From the NCBI GenBank assembly GCA_040954595.2, contig CM082589.2, positions 3,672,213 to 3,736,212 on the forward strand: DNA of 64,000 nucleotides. The letters run 5' to 3'. The translations under genes were made by a program, and so were the position numbers. Shown piece by piece: positions 53,505 to 64,000 of this stretch. Below the pieces are notes generated by a model. The model was not told where the DNA came from. It ran no database searches and saw only the letters and a program-made list of their open reading frames with translations. The stretch's first letter is position 1. Every line of letters begins with the position of its first letter. This DNA is from Balanoglossus misakiensis. Lineage: Eukaryota > Animalia > Hemichordata.

Positions 53505-53974
53505 TAGGGCTGGAATTGTAGATGTCGCCACCAAGCGTTGGAAATTTCGTGACGTCACCCAACTTCGTGAACTAAAATGGCTGCTGCACGCGAGACGAGA
53601 AAGGTCACTCGAAGCAGTTTTCTCAAAAAATAATTGTTATGTGTGGACGAACTTCTGCATCTCAAATAAAATATAGATTGTAGTGCGGACAAACCGTTCG
53701 GATAGCATACACGGACATGTAATGGGGGTCACTCACGTCCCTGTTTGGCTAATTAATTATTAATTTCGACCCGACAATTCTGATTGGTCAGTTACTATCC
53801 GCGCAGGTAGACGAGACTACAGCACTTGTGATTGGTCAATACTAGGCTCAACACTCTTGGAACAACATGTGTGAAACGCAGACGCCCCAATTTACGTTGA
53901 CCTGGGTTTTGACCTAATTCAACACGCCTGTCTACAATTTATTTAAATATATATTGAAAACGCGCACATTGCCA

Positions 53975-54135
53975 GACAGATTCGCACCTGGCAGGCAAAG
54001 AGATTGACATCATTGTGGACTGTAAATGTCGCCACCAAGCGTTGGAAATTTTCGTGACGTCACCCAACTTTTTGAACTAAAGGCTGCAGTCATTTGAAGA
54101 AGTTTCCTCAATAAAGTTACTGTTTATGTGTGGAC
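53975..54135 (+). repeat. Partial direct copy of the foldback right terminus and flank
   Basis: cagattcgcacctg...tgtcgccaccaagcgttggaaatt..cgtgacgtcacccaactt..gaactaaa...atgtgtggacga repeats ~53472-53650. Confidence 0.7.
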
Positions 54136-54974
54136 GATTTTTGTTGATTTTTAAAACTTTATTATATTCAATGTTTGATGGTCTTCCAGGTGAATAGAAT
54201 TACTCAAGACTGCCACACATGAGAGAAAATAGCTGTTCAAGATTTATATTAACGTTGTTAACTTATCAACCGGTGAATTAATTTAAAATGAACTTGACTT
54301 TCTCAACAAATTATTAAAAATTCAAAAGGACATTCACAACACAAAATCAGGAGACTTAACGAAAATTCAAGTTTCCATATATTATTTCATTTTATTTTCA
54401 TGTGTGATGATCTACACTTACTGGGAGTAATTAAAACCTACCAAGATAAAGGTTTATATGGCAAATTTCATCCATTTTCAATTGTGCCCAATGTGGTTAC
54501 ATAAACATGTACATGGCAGTGGAAACCGTGCAATATTTAAAACTAACCATCGTGCCAATAACATTTTTAGAGTACACAATATTTTCTTGCTGCTAATTCA
54601 AAACAATTTTTGTCTTGAGGAAGAATGCATCTCAAAGCAGTCACCAATATCAACGTTTTAAGATTCAACAACTAAAGCTGAGTGTGTGAGTGTGTGTGTG
54701 TGTGGCCAAAATGTGATAATGTGAAAGTGTATTTCTGGTAGGAATGTTGTTGCCAGTTGGCTGGTCTTAGTGGTAGACACAGCACAGACGTCACCACTGT
54801 TGCCAATTGACTGAAACCGCTTGTTAATGAGACACACAATTCTCAGCTGAAGAGACATCAGCTCTGTTGTCAATTGGCTAATACTACTCGTTATAAGAAA
54901 AACCCAGAGTCCAGTGAATGGTCAGTTGCAAGTTAGTTGATTTCAGTTGTGGTCTATTTCATTCTGAGTGAAGG

Positions 54975-57900
54975 CTAGTGGGAACCATCTGTGAATAATA
55001 TATTCTTCGGGAAAACAAGCTGCGAAAGATGCTGTTGGATGCTGGGATACCTCTGAACCTGAAAATGAAGAAGAGGTCAAATGTCACCATCTCTGTAAAA
55101 TTATTTTGAGGGACCCAACATACCGACTGCTCTATTTCCAGTTTAATGTAAGCAAACATATCACACAATGTAAAGATATGGTCAACGCCACAGAATAGAA
55201 ATGTTTCTGGTCATTGCTCCCCCTTAAAAAAACAACAGAAAAAACAACAATAACAACAACAACATCAAACACTTCCTAGATGCTACAGTCACTGTCAAGT
55301 TAATCTCAGCTAAACATAATAACATAATTTACAGTAACACGTTGAAAAACGTCAATAGGGATATTAATGATGCAGACAGTGACTATAACAACTATAATTA
55401 GGGTGGGCCTAGTCTTATTTGTGCGTCAGACAATTGGGTCTTTGTGTGGCTGCTTTTCCAAATTAATGAGGATTAATCAATTACTAGATTGACGTTTATG
55501 TCTCAATAGCTTTGTGTAAGTCATGACAATTTATAAAGTGTAAAGAGAAGGGGTCATCGCGCCATGTGGGTGTCCCCCTTGATGAAAATATGTCTTCCCC
55601 AGGGCTCGCATTTGATATTTTATTTGTTCCCTGATGAATTTACTATTTAACTAAATAGTGTGGTTGCCTTCTTATATAAAACAAAAATTTCTAATTAACA
55701 TTTTCTCCATCGTCTTCCGAGTTAACACAGAGCTTGGAGGCCAAAGAATATCAAATTTGATACAATTCTGTTCCCCCATTCAAAATTTTGCACGACTCAC
55801 GCTAGATTATCATTCTCAATTTTAAAAGAGGATTATCTACAGTGGCTTTGAGCAAAATATATGTACGAGAGAAAGTTCAAGACTGATAGTAGAATGACTT
55901 GGCCAGTGCAGCAGCTAGAAAATTAGGTTGCGTGTGCAAAGGCTCGGCTTCAATGATGCTTACACACACAAGTGGGCTTTCATACTTTCATGAATATTTG
56001 ATGGTACAACTTTCCCCAGGGACTTGCGCCTGACAATACACTTGCACATCAAAGGGAGTCTGTTGTCAAAAAATCATTAGGTGCTTGTGGTGGGCGTTTG
56101 ATTGCCATATTCAATGTAACAAACACCTCTGGCAAGGGAGTGCTTATTAGCATTACAAGTACTTGTATAAAAACTCTGGAGAGGATTACTGCAATTGTGG
56201 GGTTTCGGTGTTGCCTGATAATTGCAGTTCGACAAGCCGTGTTGATTCTAATCATTCATAATCACTTCAAGACTTCGGGCACATCTTACAGAATCGCAAA
56301 CTGGAAATCGTATTCAGAAACACACAAATAAGGCCGTATTCCTTGGACTGGACTTTCAAGTTGCCAGTATGGGCTGCATCCCTGCTTGAAACTCAGGATG
56401 GACTGAGACACCTTGCAGATAGTGTTGTTCACTTAAAGGGGACTTTTGAGAAATAGTGGTGAGTAGCTTTTAAAGCAGAATTTTCTCGTCTCCAATTGCC
56501 AGTTGTCTACAGATGATACATCTGCGTGGGCGAGACCGATTTCAGAAGCTGCAAATTCAAAAAGCTGGTGTACAGTTCGACACGACGTAGAAGATAGATA
56601 CAAGTGGAGCATCTGTCACGCAGAAAGGCCAAGTATGGCGCAGAGTACCTCACATGATCAACACTTGTCAAACTCTACATTGGGTTCAAATGGTACAACC
56701 GTGTGGGCAACACCCTCTTGTGATATTCTGATTCCAGAATGGATGGAATCACTACCCTTTCAGTTGATGACTGGTGTCTATTATTACGGCATACTAGTAC
56801 CACTATCTGTCACGGGCAATATTCTGGTGATTATCACAATATGGAAAAAAATCCACACCACATTCCAAACGCCGCAGTACCAATTCATCGTAAGTCTAGC
56901 TCTGTCGGACGTAGCCTTCAGTGCCCTCTTTCTCCCTTTCACGATTCTGCCTTTTGCGTACGGCCATTGGTCGTACGGCTATGAATTCTGCCAGATCAAC
57001 GGCTGGGTGAACCTGACGTTAGCTTTTGCCTCCCTGTTCAACCTGGTCGCTGTCAGCATCGACCGTTATTTTGCGTGCTGCCAGCCACTACACTACCATC
57101 AGAGAATCACGCCCTCGCGAGTCAAGGTAATGATAACCATGGCTTGGATCTGGGCCGCCATGATTTCCCTTCTGCCGATAATCGGAGTTGGCGAGTATCG
57201 ATATTACAAACACAAATACTCCTGCGGAATGGTATGGAACATAGAGGTGCGAAACAGAATTTTTATCGCCGTTACCGGCCTTTTCTCATTCTATCCGTCG
57301 TTGATGATAATTATCTGTTGCTACATAAAAATATACCAAGCTGTTTGGCATCAGAAACAACGAGTGGCCCAGGTTGGCAATGCTTCACCGACAAGTACCC
57401 TTAAGAAGAACATACAAGGAGCTGTGACGCTAAATATCGTCATAATCGCCTACTTCATCACATGGGTACCCTACGTACTGGTCCACATGATTGGATTATA
57501 CACAGACAATTGCAATGCTGCCCTCATTGTGGCCGAGAATATCAGCTGTGCCACGTTTTCCCTGGCCTCGGCGGTCAATCCTTTCATTTATGGCATCAAG
57601 CACGGCCCCATTAAACGAGAGATGCGGAAGATATTTAAGTGTGGCAGGACCTGAAGCCACTGACAGCTTCTAGTGAATTGAAATTAGTCGGAGCTTGGTG
57701 TTTGGTGACTCACACCGAAATACAGCAGATGGAATGTGTTTTTTCACAAACACTTTGGTCAGACAAGACAAGAGTGCCAATCATCATTGCCTCTGCTTGG
57801 TTAACCCTTTTACCCCCAGTTCCCTCTTTAGAGGTCCAGCATTACCATAGAAAAGAACCAATTCGGACCAAACCATTGTGGCGCAAGGGTTAATCATGGC

Positions 57901-59778
57901 CTCATGTGGCAACACAAAGGCAATGTTAACGTACAATATAACCTTCAGAAGAATAATGACAAAGAAGTATGTAAATGTTTCAATACTTACATTATCAAAC
58001 CACCTGGACAGGTTCATAAATTTCTGTTTTTCTTGCATCGTTAGTTGTGACTGAAATGAAAAAATAAAGGTCAGCTGTTACTTAATTAATGCTGTTTGTA
58101 GGCTTATACACATGAATAACTTGTGAAAGAGCAGCAGCAGATTATTTTTGAAAAATAGAAATCTTATATCTAGCTTATGATGTTTAGTTTTTTTCAGATT
58201 ACTTTAACTTGTATATATTTCAGTTTGTGAAGATATCATAAATTCAAAATCCATTTATGTTTTCATCCCCTTTTCCCTTTGAAGCGATCCAACTCCACCA
58301 TAGAAAACACAAAATTTGGACGAAGTAACACTTACAATGATGGAATGCATTCCATAGTAGAGAAGTATATCTGCAATAGTAAACTGATGACCACACATGT
58401 ATACGTTGTTTCTCAGGTACAGATTTAATTCCTGGAAATAGAATAAAATATTTTGTTCTAGTTAAAAGCAAAAAAAAGGTAACTTTTAGAGAAAAACGAT
58501 AGCACAAAACCTTTACATGTTCAATCTACAGCACTTTAAGTTTAAGGTAAATTAATGTGTGTGAGAACTTGTTACAAAATTTTGCAAATGAACTGGCAAT
58601 CAAACAAAAATGAGATGCCTTAATCATTCGGTTCATAGGTTACACACACACACACACACTGAAATGCCTGACTTGTTGGGACTCCACACCCTCATTTGCA
58701 TACTTATTAGATAAAGGCAGATGTACAATAATGTGATGCATCCAAAGTACCTCTCACTGAATACACATACCTTTAATATTGTCTTCACATCTTCTCTGTT
58801 GTTACATCTATCTACCTGCGTGACTCTGTACTCTAACCATTGACTAATGACAGCTTTCTGCTCGGCCGAAGACCCTAGAAGAGTCTGTTTGTTGGCTTTC
58901 TGTGTTAAGTACCTAGTGATGGATGCTAGTCCACTCACGCTGCTGCCATTTTCTATGTGTAACACCGGAGTCTTGAGAAAATTTAATAAAAATTCATATC
59001 AGATCAGTGTATTTTACCGTTTATTTTATAATGTGAATGGTATGTTTACTTTGGATCTAGCTGCAATGTTTGTAGCAGGTGCTGCTAGGTTGACTGGTGT
59101 GTTCGCAGCATTATGCTGTGAACACACCAGTCAACGTAGCAGCACCCGCTACAATCATTGCAGCTACTTTGGATCATGTTATTTTCACCAATTGGTATAG
59201 CCCTGGGAATCCAGAGGCCATATTTGTATGATGAGTGTCTTGTAAGGCCTCGCTCGCCACTTAATTTAATTTAAGTTAATGACATTGAGAGAGGCCCTAC
59301 AAGCGTCACCACTATGCACACACCGCTGTAGCTATGGTACATACGCAGCTGTACCGTTGGGAGGGGGTAGATTACCCCCCCCCCCCCCTTCTCAGATGGT
59401 ACAGCTGCGTACCACAGCTAACACGCCTGCCTTTCTCAGAATACTTTGGCTTTCTGTGAAATTCGCCATGAACGCACACACGGCCATCAAAGAGACAGCG
59501 GATCTGAATGCACTCATATCTCACTTGAAATGAAAGCTGCAGCTGTGAAACGCCTGCAGTTTCACATCATCATCATGTCAAGCGATGCCGGGCCCAAGTG
59601 ATGATCGCTCCACTGACACTCGGCACCATGCATCTACCCTAAGCCGATCTTACAAATCTATTGAACCAATATAAAAAAGAACGATCCATACCTTTGTTTC
59701 GCTGTTAACATTCACTTTCACGCTATTTACACCGAGAAATTTGGCGATAGACCGAACATCTTGCTTCAGGTCAGCCAT
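54975..59778 (-). CDS. EEF1E1: Eukaryotic translation elongation factor 1 epsilon-1 (AIMP3/p18, GST-C-like domain), 175 aa
   Basis: Exons 59778-59692, 58971-58771, 58431-58336, 58050-57991, 55058-54975, all phase 0 and GT-AG. Motifs: GLASITRYL, LLGSSAEQKAVISQWLEYRVT, ELNLYL...FTIADILLYYGMH, NLSRWFDNVQRYPSIQQHL. Confidence 0.95.
56635..57654 (+). CDS. Orphan rhodopsin-class (class A) GPCR, 339 aa, single coding exon, nested in an EEF1E1 intron
   Basis: Seven hydrophobic segments with GN (TM1), SLALSD (TM2), C3.25 and SIDRY (TM3), W4.50, an ECL2 Cys, FITWVP (TM6) and NPFIY (TM7). N-terminal sequons NST and NGT. The first in-frame ATG is at 56635. Confidence 0.93.
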   Translation: MAQSTSHDQHLSNSTLGSNGTTVWATPSCDILIPEWMESLPFQLMTGVYYYGILVPLSVTGNILVIITIWKKIHTTFQTPQYQFIVSLALSDVAFSALFLPFTILPFAYGHWSYGYEFCQINGWVNLTLAFASLFNLVAVSIDRYFACCQPLHYHQRITPSRVKVMITMAWIWAAMISLLPIIGVGEYRYYKHKYSCGMVWNIEVRNRIFIAVTGLFSFYPSLMIIICCYIKIYQAVWHQKQRVAQVGNASPTSTLKKNIQGAVTLNIVIIAYFITWVPYVLVHMIGLYTDNCNAALIVAENISCATFSLASAVNPFIYGIKHGPIKREMRKIFKCGRT

Positions 59779-60181
59779 GTTGTTTGTTTGTTCGTTGAGA
59801 ATCGGGTTGATGAAAATGTCTTCTGCTTTTAAGAGATTAAACGAGTTTATAGCACAATAACAACTATCAACCGTAAGCGATAAGTTTGAAAACTAAAAAA
59901 AATTGCTAAATCGATGTATTAGGTAATTTCACTTCCGAAACAAATATATGCATAGTTCATTAGTTTTGTTTAGGTAGCGCCATCTATACACACACGTGAC
60001 ATTTCTTTCGTTTTGTTGAGTACAGCACATTTATGATAGTGAGAGATTCGACTTGAAATTGCTGGCCCCCGTATTAAGAAAATTGAAAATTCAAGTACAC
60101 CTAGGGATGGAATATTTATGTATTTTTTTATTTCTGTTGAACATAGACTGATAGGTACACGGATCCCATATGAATAGACAA

Positions 60182-62790
60182 TCAAATCAATGGCGGCACA
60201 TCTGGATCATCTACAAAGTCTTCACTGTTTGGTCTTTCTTCAACCTTTTTCCGTCTGCTGCCTTCATACGGCCCAAGTGGTGTCTTTTCGTTAGTCACCA
60301 TTAGATCAACACTTTTAGCCTTGCTGGGATCAACCTCCAGTTTTTCGTGTCTTATTCTGTGAGAGGAAACAAATGGACATAAAATTATAATTTCGTCATG
60401 GAAGAACTGATCTCATAAGACCTAATGTTTTATATTCATATGGACCTTGATTTATAGTAGATTCCCTTTGCCTTCTGAGCAACCATAATGAATAAATTAC
60501 AGAATTTCACATGCCTTTCATTATTTGAAGTCTCCTTTTGTTTTGTGTCTGCTGTCTTCTTCTTGCTTTGAGTTGACGGTTTCTTCAAGGCTTTCACTAC
60601 TTGTTTGACCTGAAGAGAAATTTTACCAATAAAAAATAACTTGGGATTTTCTTATGTAAACACTGAATTTAAACCAGATTTGTTCGGTTTTCGTAAGTAA
60701 AACTGGAAAAATACCAAGAGAAGATACTTCAGCATTTTTGCAAATATGAATCCTTAAGCCAAAAGTGCCTGGGGTGGACAATACAATGAATTTCATACCT
60801 TTGGCATGGTAATTAGTAGATGCCCCGTCGTCTGTGACCTCTTTGCAACACTGGAATCAGGATTCACTTCTTCTTGTAAGACTATTTGCAAAATCTGGAA
60901 AAAATAAAGTACAGAGGGTTTTTTTTAGAGTGGCCTTAGTGTGGGTATAAAATGTGCCATTCAACAGCCAAGATTAATACTAGTAATACTGTAGGAAAGA
61001 CTGGTTTTCCCCTAAAGTCCATATAAATAAAAGGTAAAGGATTTTACTCACCTTTCCCTTGATAACTACTTTGACGTGACTTGGTTGGACGTCCACATCA
61101 ATCAGTGATGTATTCAGGTATTTGTAACAACCAACCTCTAAAGTAAATGCATTGTCTTCTTCGTTGTCTAGTAAAGTGAATGGCATTCTGATAATAAAAC
61201 AGGCGAAGAAAATATATTACAACTCCTGTATCAACTGACATATATATTAGAGAGTTATGGAGGGTAGGAATCAGCGTAATATAGTCTGAGGATGAGTTTG
61301 GAAAGGAACTGACTTACTTGGCCTCATTCACGTTCAAAAAATTACCATCCTCTGTCGTGAGTCGAACTGTTCGCTTTGCCACCTGCGGACCATCTCTGAA
61401 ACAATAAAAGAAAATTAAATAAACCATTAATCATGAATTTGTAAAAGTTATATCGCTTCTAGAATCTAGAGAAATTCTTTTTACACGACAGTAAATACGT
61501 TTCAAACTGAAATGAATGTTTCATTTTCCTGCATTGACAGGAATTCATAGAAAGTGAGAGTGCAAACATTCAGTTTAAAAACAAATAAACAGAGTTTGAA
61601 GTACTTACTTTTTCTCAGATTCCTTATTCTTTGTCTCTTGGATATGTTTATGAACTGCTACCCTCGACTCTGGAGAAAATGGCATTTCTTCCTCCCAGAA
61701 TCTGGGAATGAAGAGAAAGGATTTGTAGTAAAAGAATGAGAGTAATGCTGCTATAAAATGTTGCAAGAACAACTCATGGTGTTTCTAGATACATGTAATC
61801 ATAACTGATTCCTTACTCATCATCTTTCTTCGTTTCATCTTCATTTTCTTTGATCTGTTCTTCTTCGCTCTCTTTATTTTCCTGCTTCTTGGAGTCCTCT
61901 CTACGGACACAAAAGCAGACACCATATTGAACGCTTATATCGGGCCAAAAATCAACTTCGATGTTTAATCTCAAGATAGTAAAATCATAGACTGTCTTTG
62001 GTTAAATCAAAGTGGCACAAGTTAAATTACATCAAAAATGTAGATTGTATAATGTCTCTTCTGTCCCAGTATCTCTGTTCATCCTCATTTACATCTGTCT
62101 ACACAAGAATCACTTCTATCTCATTGTTTGTTGGTGTTTCTGTCTTTTTTTTCTCTCAATTCCCAAACTCTCCAACTTACGCATTTATATCAGTATACCA
62201 TCTTCCATCAAATCCCGGTTTCTTTTCACTCTGTGCCTTGGATTTGGCTTCTCTCCGTCTCACTTCTTCCTCTGCCTCTGCTTTTTCCTTTTCCTGGTGA
62301 AAAGATAGCCCAGTGAGTTATGCGGGTGTTTAGTTAGTTGTGGATTTGAGACAACTGAAGAGGTTTCACGTAGTCTAAAAAATGCTGCGAAGGTGTCCGT
62401 TATAATACTCACTCGTTTCTTTAAGTATTCAGCTTGATCTTGGAGTATCTGTGGTTTTATTGAATCAATGTGTTGAAGGGCCAATATTCTTTCGGTTTTA
62501 GTGATCTTCTGACCATCAAGATACTGTAAAATGAAATTAATTAGAAAACAAAGATATTAAAATGCTATATCAGATGTCAACAATTTGATCAGACAGGTAT
62601 GCATTTTTACAACACAGTTTTGAAGGCAAATCTAAGACAATTGGTGATTGAGGAATCTGAAATAAAAGGAAAAAACATAAACGGCAAAAAGTTTGACAAT
62701 CTATTATCTAATACCTGTAACTGTGGAAGTGTAGCAATCACATATTCTCTGTAGCCTTCGAAGTTTACACACGGATTACCAGTTAGGAAA
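60182..62790 (-). CDS. LRRC6: LRRC6/DNAAF11 (tilB) dynein axonemal assembly factor, 3' part only (5' exons not found; probably beyond the window)
   Basis: Exons 62790-62715, 62523-62413, 62293-62181, 61900-61817, 61701-61609, 61395-61318, 61187-61052, 60894-60799, 60609-60515, 60356-60182. Motifs: LRRcap FLTGNPC...[40 protein letters not shown], the CS-like LIDVDVQP...KGK...[24 protein letters not shown] and terminal DDPDVPPLI*. Confidence 0.94.
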
Positions 62791-64000
62791 CTATAGAGAG
62801 AATAAAACATACACAGTAGTCAAGATATTTTGTCAGGAAAAATTGAGTTTATACTGAATATTGTTAATCCGTCAACGGAGTGCCCTCACCGACCAACTTT
62901 TTCCACTAAAACCAAACAAGTTGGTACCCCGTGTGGCTGCTTTTTGTACAGCGTTTCTACTAGTACTTTGTAGACAAAATTAAGCAACCATGCCCGCCCA
63001 ACGATACATCGGCAATTCACTAAAGGAGTTTATCCCTCATGCATGGCAAAATCGTTGTTACATTAAACAGGAAAGATGACGGATGTCCACCAGGCCTGGA
63101 AAGATCAACTTCACAGCTGGGTGTCTCAGAGACACGACACTTGTCAACGGACAATGTGAAGACAAACTGCTAACATGCTTTACACTCGTCCGTTGAGTGA
63201 CCACATGGATGGTCAACCACAGGGCTGGGGACAGTGCGTTCGCCAACAAGTGTCATGACAAAGCGCTAACGTGCATCCCCTTTGTCGGTAAATGCCCAGA
63301 CAAGAAAGGGTTTCCTTTTGTCTATGGCAGAAGCGTCGAGTTCTACAGTCGCCAAAAACTGTAAAAACACATTAACACATTTAATTGGTACTTTGAGACC
63401 TGGCAAGCCCGACTATGTAGCTCCATGTAGGCCTACACACATTCCTCGTATCAACGAACATTTGCCAAAATTTACCAGTTGAACAGTAGGAACATCGAGA
63501 CCGTGGTCAGGAACTATACCAATGTCCCGCAACAGATCAGTCCTAACATCTACCATATTGCTTTCGCAGTTTGACCACAATTCAGAAACTGAACGAATAT
63601 AACCACACCGCACACTTTCCACAAGCAATTTACAGTGGTAAATGTGAAGTATTGATTTGTCACTAAAAATACAACACCAAAACCACAAACAGTGGTACAT
63701 AGTAGAAACCACAAGGCCTTTCGAGGGAATGTGTGTTAACACTCCGATATATTATTGCACTGTCAACCCATGGAGTTACTACTCATAGTACTTCCATGGT
63801 CAACCGAAGTCTGTCATCCTCTTTGAAAATGAAAACATCTCGAATCTGTGTTTCATTCACCAGTTCAATCAGAAAAGTAAAATTGTCCAACGCTTTCGAG
63901 GTACGGCAACGTGTGAATTGCTAAAATGCCACTCTTTGTCGGAAGCACAGTATCAATGAATGTATACGAAAACAAGTAATGAATCCCGTCGCTTGTCCAG

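Noticed and set aside
56503-57654. GPCR as an opsin or biogenic-amine receptor; 383-aa ORF start at 56503
   Set aside because: There is no TM7 Schiff-base Lys and no Asp3.32. The listed ORF starts at a TTG directly after an acceptor-like AG; the first ATG is at 56635.
62800-64000. Further LRRC6 exons or a transposase in the last 1.2 kb
   Set aside because: No convincing LRR-coding exon or transposase motif was recognised; treated as intron.

Overview
Eukaryotic, intron-rich animal genomic DNA; there are no prokaryotic features. The gene content is compatible with a marine invertebrate deuterostome (hemichordate- or echinoderm-like), but that is an inference. Eight protein-coding genes were rebuilt by hand from splice signals. 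(1,2) Two divergently transcribed prenylcysteine-oxidase (PCYOX)-like paralogues, 3279-5856 (-) and 6337-9431 (+). (3) PPT1, 9943-13710 (-). (4) A large glial cells missing (gcm) locus, CDS 29040-45441 (+), with about 13 kb of upstream non-coding DNA. (5) TMEM65, 48545-51040 (-). (6) EEF1E1/AIMP3, 54975-59778 (-). (7) An orphan class A GPCR with a single-exon CDS, 56635-57654 (+), nested antisense in the last EEF1E1 intron. (8) The 3' part of LRRC6/DNAAF11, 60182-62790 (-). Repeats include a ~2.2 kb Foldback-type palindrome, a Helentron-like element in a PPT1 intron, several MITE-like hairpins and microsatellites. The most notable observations are: a putative lysosomal lipidated-cysteine catabolism micro-cluster (2x PCYOX-like + PPT1); a recent gene-conversion tract between otherwise diverged PCYOX paralogues, one predicted GPI-anchored and one soluble; an atypical GCM protein; the nested GPCR; and a duplicated TMEM65 start codon next to the foldback element. 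All coordinates were read by eye and no searches were run.
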